Positions 1-14,889 of a DNA stretch of 44,800 nt are shown here, piece by piece. Each line of letters opens with the position of its first letter. The first letter of the stretch is position 1. The DNA comes from Lenisia limosa (taxonomy: Eukaryota > Protista > Breviatea), in NCBI GenBank assembly GCA_001655205.1, contig LPNZ01008340.1, positions 1 to 44,800 on the forward strand. Direction: 5' to 3'. A model generated the notes under the pieces. It saw only the letters and a program-made list of their open reading frames with translations. It was not told the origin of the DNA and ran no database searches. The translations under genes and the position numbers were made by a program.

Positions 1-2139
1 TCTGCAATCACTTTCTCATTCATATTATCAATTATGAACATCACAATACTCGCTAAAAAGATTGTAACCCACTAAATTTCTCAGAGTCACCAATTGTCGG
101 CAGGTTTGTGATGAGGCTTAGGAGACGGCCGGAAGGGCCCTCGATCCACCTCTGGAACTCCACGTTATCTGAGGTATCAGTGTTGCACTTCTATTCATAT
201 TCAAATGGCATTTACGTACCTGAAAGAGGCGTGGCGGCTGTTGCAGGTGAAAACGGAATCGGTGTGGACGCGGTGCTTCCACCTGGAATCGTCAGAAATA
301 GACTCCACAGCCAAAAATGCCCGGTGAAATATCGATATGTTACGAGAAATTCAGTTTTTTTCCAACTCACCAGATGCGTGGCAAGTGTCGATGTCTGACT
401 TTAGTTTGGCCTGGGTTTTGGAGAAGTCTCTGTACTTCGGCATCAACGTTCCGATTGCATCTCCAAAAGTCAGTTTCAGAATTATCATGTGGATAACATT
501 GCTGCCTGATGCACAACCCCCTCACTTCGTTGTCTCAGTGTTGACACCATCATGAAGGACATGCTCTCCACCTTCGAACCCAAATCCTGGGGGTCACAAC
601 CAAAAAAAACATTTCATACCGTCACTTGTTTATAGGCCGCTTTGGTGTGTAGGGCTGGGATGTTGAACAAAAGAGCTTCCTTGAATTCAGTAGAGAGTTT
701 CTGAAAGGGTAAATTTATCATCACTAAACATCACACAAAGCAGAAGCAAAGAAACATAATGACATACTTTGAGAAGGGTAACATTTTCACTGAATTCTTC
801 TTTGAGTTCCTCTGAAGAGCCTAATAGTTAATCTTTGTAACAATGCAAAAAGATCCTCTGGCTTACTAATGGCCTCCTCAGCACCCTCAGTAAATATATC
901 GAGAAGTTCGAAAGATGCATTGGCAAGAGTAACGAGCTGTATCATTAACATATACCAATAAGGAGTTTAACTTACATCATCATCAGCCTGAAGGACAGGC
1001 TTGTCTTCGCCAAAACTAGTCCTTGCTGCTGAGAGGACGGGGGACGACATAACGGGAGTCTCAGGAAGCTGGGGGTNNNNNNNNNNNNNNNNNNNNNNNN
1101 NNNNNNNNNNNNNNNNNNNNNNNNNNNNNNNNNNNNNNNNNNNNNNNNNNNNNNNNNNNNNNNNNNNNNNNNNNNNNNNNTTGATAGGAGACAGAACGTC
1201 AAACACCGAATCAATCAGCTCAAAGACTTCACGATTGATATCCGATCCTGATAGAGTATTATTGGCAGTGAAAGAAGAGCCTGATCCTTTAATTCAACAT
1301 CATTGGGGGGGGAGAAAATTTATGAAACAAAAAAAAAGCCCGAAATAAACTCGGTTGGCTGACAACATACGAGGGTTGATAACAAACAACAAAACAAACA
1401 ANNNNNNNNNNNNNNNNNNNNNNNNNNNNNNNNNNNNNNNNNNNNNNNNNNNNNNNNNNNNNNNNNNNNNNNNNNNNNNNNNNNNNNNNNNNNNNNNNNN
1501 NNNNNNNACTGCGATAACTCAAAAAGAGGCTCATAGACAGGCTCAGCGATGGTATTCGGGTCCCATCCAAAGTCAATACTGCTGCGCCGGCGAAGCTTAC
1601 GGTCTTTCGGAATCTAAATGGTGAATACAATGAATGCCCAATCATCCTCAAACACACTGTTTTCATGACAGTAATCATGTCCTCCTCTTCGTTTTTCTTA
1701 GAGTTCTGTAAGTGTTCTGGAACATTGAAGTCTCTGAAAGGTCATCAATCATATTGGCGGTATCTCATATTAAGGACCCCGAGGCATACGGTGCATCAGA
1801 CACCGACGATGGCGACTTCATAACAGGAATGCTCACTTGTATGTCCGGGTCTGGCTCATTGTTGATACTAACTGGTGCATCTGCAAGTAAAACTGCATGT
1901 TTTCATGTTTTAAAAACAGCAAATGGAACGTGGCGGAACATAAGATGAAAATAAATGAGGGGGGGGGGNNNNNNNNNNNNNNNNNNNNNNNNNNNNNNNN
2001 NNNNNNNNACTTGCGTTTCTTCTGGGGCAGAAGGGGTAAGAGCCTACAGATAAGAAACAATTCCATCGATATCACAAACCTGCTCAAATTCGGCAAGTGT
2101 ATCATTGAGGTCTTTGCAAAGGTCGTCAAGTTCGTCCAT
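1..2139 (-). CDS. Multi-exon hypothetical protein, probably running off the window start; acidic LD-like N-terminus, Ser/Pro-rich linkers and predicted helical segments
   Basis: ATG at 2139 opens MDELDDLCKDLNDTLAEFEQ. Later GT-AG-bounded exons read e.g. LVTLANASFELLDIFTEGAEEAI, KLSTEFKEALLFNIPALHTKAAYKQVT, DAIGTLMPKYRDFSKTQAKLKSDIDTCHAS and DNVEFQRWIEGPSGRLLSLITNLP. Three N-gaps interrupt it. No family recognised. Confidence 0.6.
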
Positions 2140-2456
2140 TCTTTCTTGCCCTGAAGGCCAAACCAAAAAACAGAAAAGACAATGCCCCAGCCAAGAGCCA
2201 ACTTTGTACTTTTCTACTTCTCACTTCTCAATTTCTCATTTAATTTCTTAAAATCTCTGAAATAAAAAGTGGAAAGTTCTCTGATTCCCTGGTTAAGAAT
2301 AATACGATCAAGTATCCCCCATATTCTTTCTTAATATTCCAAATGAAGAGAAAACAGAGTTCAAGTTGTAAAGTTGTAATGTGTATGCGTTGTCGGCTCT
2401 AGCACAACGAAAGAAGGAAAGTACTGTTTAGAAGACCCCCTTTTTATTGAAAGAAA

Positions 2457-3740
2457 ATGGTGAGTGTAGCCCCTGTTTGTAACGATAAAAGGTGTGAATT
2501 ATTGAATTATAGAAGAATACACAGTAATTACTGACTGAGTTGTCTTTTTTTAGAGATTTATTGTCGTAGAGTAACCTTTGGTTTGATCCATCTAAGCTTT
2601 TCGCAGTAACAGAAGGACGTAAATCTAATGATGCCGAAATTAAGGTTCGTAGTCGTTTTTTTCTTTCACCAATTTCCATAAAGCCTGTTTTTTTCACTTC
2701 CACAGCAATGGGAAACCAAATTTCATGTCAAGTTCCCTGAGGAGCTTAAAACAATCTACACCGAATGTCTTGATGGAGGTATGTCGGAGTATCTTTTCTT
2801 ATTTTACACTTCTGGCAAAAGTTTGCTTAAGCCTGATGATAATATACCTCTGTTTTAATTATCGAGACCATTTACTTTTTATTTTAGTGAAATGACGTTT
2901 TAGGCGCCTTTGCCTTCCCTGGCTGGACTGGAGACTGTGAAGCAAGGTACCTTCCCTCTTTCAATAAAAAAAGTGAATTGTGAGCTTAAATTACACTACT
3001 GCTTCTTCCCACAATTCAATTATTCCCGCTATATTACTTATCTGCCTTTGCAATCAACTCACACCTCATGTTGGCAAGTGAATGAGGTTGTTTGTGGTGA
3101 AGGAATGACAATTTAGCACATTTGATGACATGTTCCACCTACAAAAAGAATGGTCTATTCCCAAGCACTTTGTTCCCATCTGTGGAGACCATCGTGCGTG
3201 GTAGGAAGGCGGGCCTTTAGTAACGTGTATTTATGACTTGACAAGAGAGCATAGGAAGATTTTTTAAAAATAAAAATCACCATCTTGGTGTCTGGCAGAA
3301 CCCTTTTGTTAGAGCCTCATACAATGTAGCATTGTTCTCGATTATCGCAAGGTGAAGGTGGGAGAAAACAACCCCTGTGTGTCTGTGATGGACAGCGAGA
3401 AGGGTGACGGATGGCTTGTCAAGATCCTCTACCCTAGCATGAAAGAATACATTGAGTAGGCTTCATCTAAAAAAGATGCTTCTAGGACTATATGTTATAT
3501 ACGGGTTGAATTATTCTGCTTTTTACAAAGTTGTAACCATTCAGTCGAGTTTTGACCTTTGAACAAAACAACGGCTCCACTATGCCTGTTGACTTTGACG
3601 GCTATGAAGACGTAAGAGGAATATGGCAGCCTGAAAGTAATGACATTTATCTGACTGTCAAGGTTGTAGACGTCGCAGCCGGCGATGAGGATGACTACAA
3701 TCCCCACGTCGACAGAGGATACACAGAGGAAATGGTTTAG
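2457..3740 (+). CDS. SMI1/KNR4 (SUKH superfamily) domain protein, 6 exons
   Basis: Phase-consistent splicing gives MSNLWFDPSKLFAVTEGRKSNDAEIKQWETKFHVKFPEELKTIYTECLDGGAFAFPGWTGDCEASTFDDMFHLQKEWSIPKHFVPICGDHRACIVLDYRKVKVGENNPCVSVMDSEKGDGWLVKILYPSMKEYIDRVL..., stop TAG 3738-3740. It matches the SUKH pattern (E..hg.khPeel....NGG; EW.lP...v.i.GDgh.wi.LDYR....P.V...D.E; ..sf.ef). Confidence 0.8.
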
Positions 3741-3870
3741 GAGGGTTTTTTGCTGTATTTTTAGGACTTCCATTTTGTATAATATTAATTTATTCTGTCC
3801 TCTTTGGTAAAATTGCTATACTTCATCATTAATAATTTACATGCAATTAACCCATAGAAACCAAAAAAGA

Positions 3871-6800
3871 CTAACGATTGACTTTATTTTCGGTGAGATA
3901 CGAATGTAGAGCCTTAGGCTTTGGAGGCTTCAGCTTTGGTGTCGGGGAGAGGTGTGGAAGACCCAGAACAGGGGAACCAGGGGTGTTGAGTGGGGAGTTC
4001 AGGCTTGGGGAAGGGGAAAGAACAATTGGAGTTGTTGTTAGATTTGGAGGTTGTGGGGTGGGGGAAATGGAAGCAGATAAGCATGTTTTGACTGGAGAAG
4101 GAGAAGAAAGACCTGACCTGTCCTCTTTTACAAACTGGGGTGAAGGAGGAGGACTTTCCTTATTTGGAAGCTGTGGGCTTGGTGATTGCACTGGGCTATA
4201 ATTGAAGAGAGAGCTCTCTCGTGTTGGAGGAGGTGGAGTAGGGGACCTATTGATGTGAGATAGATGGATGTATTTCCTCTACATAGCTTATGAATACGAT
4301 GACGACCCTTTTCCTGACCTTTTCGGAGAAGCTTTCTTCGGGGGCTTGAAGTGAAGGGGTGGGGGACAACGAGTAGGTGAAGAGTGAATGTCAAGAATAT
4401 CGTCATTGATATTGGAAAAGACGTCACCTGATGGTCACAAAATCTGTACAGGGAGTAAATACCTTCCAGAGTGGCGGGAGTGAACCTTCTTGGAGAGCTC
4501 TTGTTGCTATTAAGCCAGAGGGATGGCTTCTGCTCAGCTATTTTGTTAATATCATATTGGCATGAAATACTGTACCTAGGTGGGTGGTGCCTTGGGTGCT
4601 CTTGGATGCTAAGGTTTGAACTACGAAATGAGCAGCAGATGATTGCGCTTACCTTGACTTGTCGCAACAGACGGCACTGTTGGTTCAAAGTCCTGAGCAC
4701 CTAGTTCAGCAAGGTCTTGGGTGCTGCACCAGGTGCTTGTGTAGTCACTTGATAAACTGGTTTCTTGGGTGGCATGTGTTGGGTGTTCATGGGGTATCTC
4801 AAAATGGTTATCGGTTTGCTTGATGTTGGGCAATAATGGTTGGACATGGTTAGTGAAGGTTGATGAAGGTTCAGTATTGGGGCTGTGGGTCCTTGAATTG
4901 AGGTCAAGTTGAATACTTGGTGGTTCCTGGAGCTGCGAAGGGGTTGCAAATAAGTGGTTTGGCTTGACGGGGAGCGAGCCTTTGGAGTGAAGGAGGCAAG
5001 TTAAAACAGCTAAAGCTACGCACTCACCTTCATATTGCGGGGGTGCAGGATTTGGGATGAAGTCCAAACGAGGCTTCTTAGGTGCCCTTGTAATTTCCTG
5101 GTGGTTAACTCAATCCATATCAAAATAATCACAGCTATAAACCCACCATTCTTGGTCGAGGAACGTTGGCAACAAGAGCCTCCATTCCAGGAGCGTCACA
5201 AGGACGCAACGGGGTCATGTCATTTCGGCCAGGGACCCCGGCACCGGACAAGTCATCGGATCCATTAAACTGTGAAAGGCCGTCGTCAAATTGGGCCTTG
5301 TCCCGACCCAAGAGGGACTGGGCTTCTGAAGCACTGACTCCACCGTAAATCTCCTCTCCTGATGTGTCCTCTAAATGCTCCTGGAACTAAAGGATGTCAA
5401 GCTGAATAAGCATTTACCCACTTCAATATCAGGACAGGCCTCCTTTAGCTTCATGACATAAGATACAAGACCAGAGGGTTCCAAAGTGCTGTGACGAAGG
5501 TTCATAATTCGTTCAATCACTGAGTAGAGTGCACGAGCTTCAAAGTAAGAAGTGATCAGAAAGAATCATCTCAATCAGCACTTCACTCACTATGAATTTG
5601 AGTGTCTCCTGATGACCCTGATGCCCTCTCACGTTCTAATTTCTTCGCATAAACCTCAGCTATTGAGTCAAAGGTACCAAATTAATGATGTCGGTCAAAT
5701 CAACGCCTACCAAGTTTAATCACATCTGATGGGATCCCAGCATCAGTTGCAAGCTTCACTCTAAATGGTAAGTCGTTGGTCCTTGTATTGTTAGATCTTA
5801 CCCGTATCGAAAATGAGTTGATAGGCCATCCGCGACTGAATAAAGATAAGACATACTCCCACCTGCTTCCATGACCTAGGTCATTAACTCAGATATGTCG
5901 TTAACAATATACCTTCAGATGCTTGTTTTTGATGTTGGGATAGAGTCGCTCAAGAGAGGAAAGTTCGGGGTAATGCGTACTGAAAAACGTGGTTGCCTAT
6001 GTGTTAACTACAACCCAGTATGTTACAAGATGACTGTGGTAAAGTCTCTTTAGAAACAAGGTCATAAAGAACCAGCAATTACTACTGTACAACAAAAGAA
6101 CAAACAACAGATGGGACAAGTAAAATGTGGTCTTTATTACAACTTTCGTGATACTAGCTTACAGTTGAATTAGCAAAGAACTCCAGCGATGCCCAGGAAA
6201 TAGCAAGTCCATCTGAGAATGAGACATGTTGAAAGCGAAAACGGTCCATTTTCAGCACACCTTCTTCAGAAGTACTTCGGCCAAGTTCATCAACAATAAT
6301 CAAGGATTTATTTGTTGTGGCCTAAAAAGGTTAAGTTACGCTTTTTGCATTTCCTGTCATACTTTCATAATGTGTGCGACTTCCCTCATTTCCATCATAA
6401 AACTTGAGGCGTTGCTTTCCATACTATCAGATGTACCAATTCTCGTGAAAACTCTATCTAAACAGGGAATAGAAGCAAAATCGGCAGGAACCCATGAACC
6501 TAGAACATGTAATCATCAAGAAAAGTCAGACCTGCGTGAGCCATAATAACAATGAGTGCAATTTGAGTCAGATAAGTTGACTTGCCTGCCTAGAGTGGTG
6601 GGACATTAAAATTAAAATTGAAGTCACCAACCATATTAGGACCACTAAGAATTTGGACATTGTTCATTGGAGTGGAGTACACATCGTTCTGTGTATAAGT
6701 TGGAGAAACCAATGCATCATTACCGGAATAAAATCCTGAAGAAGAGTTTTCTCAACAATAGGATGGCGACATTGTGATAGGGCCAAAGGGCTTTCTGCTG

Positions 6801-9577
6801 CAATTGTAGGACGAACTGCAAGGTAAAACACAAATTAATCACCCACTGTAGTTTGGGGATGACGTTGCCAGCTTGGCCAGAGAAAGTTGAAGATCAATGA
6901 ATGCAATCTGAATTTGTAATTGGCGGCAAAAGAGTGTTAATTAGGGTGCGATTAATTTGGATTTTTTATATTAAAAATAATATGTTAAGTACGCGATTTA
7001 TAATTTATTTAAAATGTTGGTAAAAACTTAACCGGATTATAAAATTGTAAATAAAATATTACTTATTTTTAATAGAAATCAATGCCCCTATCAAAAAGAA
7101 CTACTCATCCCTCTCACTGCTTCAGCAGCAGCATAGATCAGACCAATTCTGTCTCTGATGTCGTTGAGAAGACTTTCAATCTCGCTGAAAAATATGACAT
7201 TCTCTCATATAATAACATTTAACAATATATGGTCAAACCGTGTTGACAGTAAAGTGGCTTCGTCCATAGCCTCTTTGTACCGTTCACTTAAAGAAGATAA
7301 GTCTTCTGTTGTGACAATTTGAGTCTTTCCCTGATGTATTAATCATATTCAAAAAAATGTTAAAGACCTGAACTCACCTGTCGAGTGATGACAATGAACT
7401 CTTCAGTCAATTTCGTCTGTGCACCAAATGTGAAACACCAGCCTCTTTTGTTGTTGTGTTGAACCTGAAGACAATAAATATGAAAGTGGGCTTCTAACCT
7501 TGATATCTGTCATGCCTTTCTCTGTCCGGTAGTGTTCTGTCAATTCATGGATATCTAATGAGTTATTCATGTGATAGGGGAAGCTAAAAGGAAAGTTCTG
7601 CTGATACCTTGGTTAACTTCAGTAAGTGTTTTTCTGGCAACATCAAGAAGACCATCAATACCACTCTGACGAATAAGAATATATCATATATAATCACAGT
7701 ACCTTGACAGCAAAGACAAGCTGCATTTGACTGGCACTCATATTTTTTGAAAGACGGATATCATCACAAACAACCTGTTGTTAAAGTGGTGCGGTGGAGG
7801 TGTTATCAAACTTCTCTTATTCTTTCATGTAATGTCTGGACAGCAGGGTCAGTGAATCGTGCTTTAACATGCTCAAGTAATGTTGCTTTGAGGTCGTCAG
7901 GAAAACAGGCCCCTATCTTAAGGAATATTAATTGGTTCCATAACCCAAACACTACCTGTGGAATCAAGTTCAATATGTGCTTGAGCTGAACGATGTTCTT
8001 GAGGCTTGTTGTGGAGACTTTTAAATTGTTAATATTTGGAACTTGCTAAAATATAAAGTTAAAAATATCATCAAGTGATGAGTTTATCGATTTTGCATCA
8101 TACCACAATCATACCACAATCTGTGCTAAAAGGTGGTCGAGATCAGCTACATGCCTGTAATTGTAAGGAGAAGAAAGCACTTTGTATCTGGCTGAACCCG
8201 CCTCAGAGTTCCATTATAATCTCACCCCAGAATCTTGTCAAGGTCAAAAGTCAGTTCTTCCCTTTCAATTAGCTCTTCAACACAGTCCTGGCGAAGAGAA
8301 ATTGTATCAGGATCTGAAGAGAATTAGATCAAAAAGACAATGCCTTTAATCTCACCAGATCTTGGCTGAAGAATAGCATTTTTGAGAAGTCTTTCACCTA
8401 CAACTGTCTTGGCATGGTTCATAATTCCAAAGAGACTACTTGTAGCCTCACCAGTTCTTTTGTTTCTAATAAGCTGGGAAATAAATAGAGTATTTACAAA
8501 CCAACCTCTAAGTTGCAAACTGAAGCATTGTCAATTAGCATTGAACCTTCAACACCAGAAAAAGTAAACTAGACTATCAGATTGTTTTGCAAAAACACAC
8601 AGCACAACCTTCAAAGAATTAGCAGCGAAAGAAATCTGTTGAATAAACTCAGTGTATTTCAACAGTGCAGCACAAGCAGAAAGGCAGAGATACCTGCTAA
8701 CTGAGCAAAAAGGAGTAATATCTCTCTACCTATTGCTACTCTCAAATTCAACAAGGGAGCATTCCCTAAAGGCATAGTGATGGATACTTTGAAGACCTAA
8801 GCCTGGTCAAAACACAAATGAACAACGAAAAAAAAAAAAAAAAAAAANNNNNNNNNNNNNNNNNNNNNNNNNNNNNNNNNNNNNNNNNNNNNNNNNNNNN
8901 NNNNNNNNTGCAACATCCACCATTTTGCACTCTTGATAGTTGGCCACAATTTGCTGATAGAGATTTGTGTGCTCTGATGTATTTGTCATCAAAATCTAAT
9001 TGAATCATTAAGGACTAATATTGATATTCTCGAGCATTTTGAATTGTTCATACTAACCTCAAGCGGATTGTACATTCCAATCAAGGCCAAGGTATTTGAA
9101 TAAGCATGACTGTCTGGAAATTGTGATAGAATCACTTCAGGAGATTGAAGATTCAACGCGGCAATTCCAACCTACAAATATGAGAAAAGTTCCTAACAGA
9201 GGGCAAACACAATGTTGTGAGGGAATGGGCACAAAATGATATATATAATTACAAGGTTTTAAATGGTAAATAAATAGCAGTAAAGAAGGTGGAAAGGTAA
9301 TTACTATGACTCAAGACGCAAAAACAGGGCATACTTCTGGAGTTGCACCTCGTAACTCCACCACTGAAATGATATACATTTCAGAATCATGTTGGGCTCT
9401 TCCTGGCGTTCCTGGAGTTCTAGCTGCAGATCTTTTGACAACACTTCTTGGTGTTCTAGCGAATCTGGAGGTACTTCCAAAACCTGAATTTAGGCTAGCA
9501 TTTGGTGTTCTATGTGAATTATTTATTTGAGGAGTTCTTGGCTCCCTAGGTGTATCAAATAGTGAGCCAACTCCCAT
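3871..9577 (-). CDS. MSH4: MutS homolog 4 (meiotic crossover factor), many exons, with a ~400-aa low-complexity C-terminal extension
   Basis: Exons read VGIAALNLQSPEVILSQFPDSHAYSNTL (MSH4-type N-terminus), Walker A GPNMAGKSTY, GSWVPADFASIPCLDRVFTRIGTSDSMESNASSFMMEM, SLIIVDELGRSTSEEDG, FFSTHYPEL and YGVKLATDAGIPSDVI. The MutS core ends near 5400. The 3' end at 3871 depends on 7 further phase-consistent exons. Confidence 0.9.
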
Positions 9578-9803
9578 TTGAAAGAGCGTTTGGCGGCCTT
9601 GCTTTTAAAATATGTTTTTCAAGTAATATATATTCAACTATTTCCATTCTATTTCAAAAAAGGAAGGCAGCATCGTTCATTTCTGTCAAAAAGTGACTGT
9701 ACTGGTCCAACAGTTCAGTTCATTCATTCCTTGAATGGCCTTTATAAAATTAATTTTTGAGGGAGAAGCCCTTTTTTTGCGAGTTTTGTTATAGATAGAC
9801 AGT
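9578..9803. promoter_or_regulatory. 226-bp divergent (bidirectional) promoter region between MSH4 and HSP70
   Basis: Lies between the MSH4 ATG (9577, -) and the HSP70 ATG (9804, +). A TATA-like tttataaa occurs near 9741. I saw no clean nGAAnnTTCn heat-shock element array. Confidence 0.6.
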
Positions 9804-12749
<2,946 letters not shown>

Positions 12750-12930
12750 ATGTGTTCCCTTAGAATTTAGGTTTCTGATGAGCATGGCTGCTCTTTTTTA
12801 TATATAATTCCCGCAAAAACAACGGATGTGGTCTCTCAAATATCAAGTTATTAAAAAAAACTAAATCAAAGCCAAACAAAGCCTCCAGGACCGGAATGAA
12901 GTAACAAAAAAAAAATTGAAAAAAAAAATT

Positions 12931-13002
12931 TGCCATGACCCGGAATCGAACCGGGATTTACAGAGCCACAATCTGTTGTACTGACCATTATACTATCACA
13001 GC
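12931..13002 (-). tRNA. trnH-GTG: tRNA-His (anticodon GTG), intronless
   Basis: Reverse complement GCTGTGATAGTATAATGGTCAGTACAACAGATTGTGGCTCTGTAAATCCCGGTTCGATTCCGGGTCATGGCA. Acceptor stem GCTGTGA/TCATGGC, anticodon arm ACAGA-TTGTGGC-TCTGT, T-loop TTCGATT. Downstream T-runs fit a Pol III terminator. Confidence 0.97.
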
Positions 13003-13409
13003 CGAAATCTGAAGCTCTAAATATCTTTAAGATCGAGTTCCAAAAAATCGATTTTTTTAACATATTTTTGTCCTTCACTGTATTTTGTTTGTTTGTGTTT
13101 ATTTCATCTTTCAATATATTTTATTTCTGTCTTTTCAAAATTTGGTTTTCAACCCCAAAAAAATGGTCATTCCTTGATAAATTTGACCAACAAAAATCGA
13201 ATTGTTTCACTTTTAGTAATTTTGGAACAACAACTTTCATAAGATTGCGTTTTTGGCAAAAAAACCTTCCAAATTAGGAAGGTTAGCAAGGCCACTTTTA
13301 TGTTGCATGTGAATTTCAATTTGCATTGGTTCTATTTTGTCCCTTCTTATAATTGTTATTTTTAGTGAGATATTTTTAGTGACATTAGTAACTTTATTTA
13401 TGTATTGCG

Positions 13410-14732
13410 ATGCTTACACGCGGTGTTAAAGATGAGCCGTCAGACCCACGGGATAAGGCCTCCCCCTTTATCCATCACTTACCAGAAACCAATGGTGAGA
13501 TGTCAGCGTTCATTTTGAACTTTCAAATCTCAGATGACCAATTGTAATTTATGAAACAGAAATGAAAGCCAAGTCTGCTCAATTATCACAGTGTGATGTT
13601 CCTTTGTCACCACCACGACTATTACCTAGTCCTCATCATTTGGAGCAGACTGGAATTGCTGGTGCTTCAGATGGCGGTTAGCTTCCTGTGAATTACACTT
13701 TCAAATGTGATTATCGTCTGAAAGTCAAACAAGATTCGTTCATCAATCATATGATATGATATATCATATATGATATATTATGTGTAATGTACTCATACAG
13801 TGACTTTTCATTTTTTAAGTAATTAAAACGACATTTAGTTCTTCAAGACCTATTCCCATTGGTATCTTCTGCAACAGCACTAAATGTGGCTGTCGGTACA
13901 ATGGACCAAGTTTTGAGACCGTGGGATGAAAGGAAGAAATGTGAAGGTGCGTTATACCAAAAGGCATTGTCCTCACATTTTCAATCTATTCTTTTAGATT
14001 TGAGAGTTCCGTGATTGTTTGACACCATGAATTAAAAAATTCATTTCAAGTCAATACCACACTATAATTGATCTCAAATTGACTTTTTAGGGGAAATTGA
14101 AGCAGAGCTTGGTGAAGATCTCTTGATTTATGTTGAGTAAGCTGTTCACGTTACTTTATTCATGTTTAGGTTTGCAACGACAGTGAAAATTAGTTCCATT
14201 TGTATTTCGTCACCCCGACTTGCCAGTTCACCTTTCAACGCTTTCCTGTTGGTTCATTGTTGGTTTTGATATTTTAGGTTTGCCAATCCTCAAATTGAAG
14301 AGGTGGATCAAGTACAAGAGCATAAACCTACTCAGAAGCTCTACCTCAATTTTGATTCTCATGTATGAGTGTTTTCATTGTTCCGCATTACTTGTCAGGG
14401 AGACATGGAGTACCGTGTTCATTTGCCGTCTTTTTCTACCGTACACATGTTGGGAATAATGTTACCACATTCATCTGCCAGTGTTGCCACTGCCATTCGG
14501 TTTATTGGCATTAGAGTAAGCATGCTGTGTGAATCCTCCTCGGTGTGACTTACAATATCAGGGTCTTGAGGTGTCAGGCGTGGCGCAGACCCCCTTTGAA
14601 GCCATTCACACCATTGCTGGTTGGTGAAGCTTGCAATATGGCCTTAATTAGTGGATTTTATTGACTAATGTAGGAGACACTTCCCATTGCCCTGGAGCAG
14701 ATTCACCAAACGAAACAGGACTAAGTGGATGA
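13410..14732 (+). CDS. PITH-domain protein (PITHD1-like) with N-terminal extension
   Basis: Spliced EAELGEDLLIYVEFATTVKISSICISSPRLASSPFNAFLFANPQIEEVDQVQEHKPTQKLYLNFDSHGDMEYRVHLPSFSTVHMLGIMLPHSSASVATAIRFIGIRG parallels the PITH domain (ESDaDEeLl..ipF...VKl; P.q.f.l..d..g..eY.....F..V..L; T.i.yIGlrG). Start and stop are inferred. Confidence 0.75.
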
Positions 14733-14889
14733 CTAACGTTAGTTTAATTAATTGAATTCAACTTCATTATTATTCAATCAAGAATGTCATTGTTATGGGT
14801 ATTTACAATTTTTGGAAGATTTTATCCCAAACTCCTTGTTTTTGGAATCAAATACACTCTATTGATAAAAAGTTCCAATACCATTACCT

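Noticed and set aside
3871-5350. Overlapping long Pro/Gly-rich ORFs on both strands that at first suggested a retroelement gag/ORF1
   Set aside because: No RT, integrase, zinc-knuckle or LTR signatures. The minus-strand segments splice in phase onto MSH4.
13744-13780. Quasi-palindromic atcatatgatatgatatatcatatatgat in a PITH-gene intron
   Set aside because: Low-complexity AT sequence forms such palindromes easily; no TSD or conserved structure.
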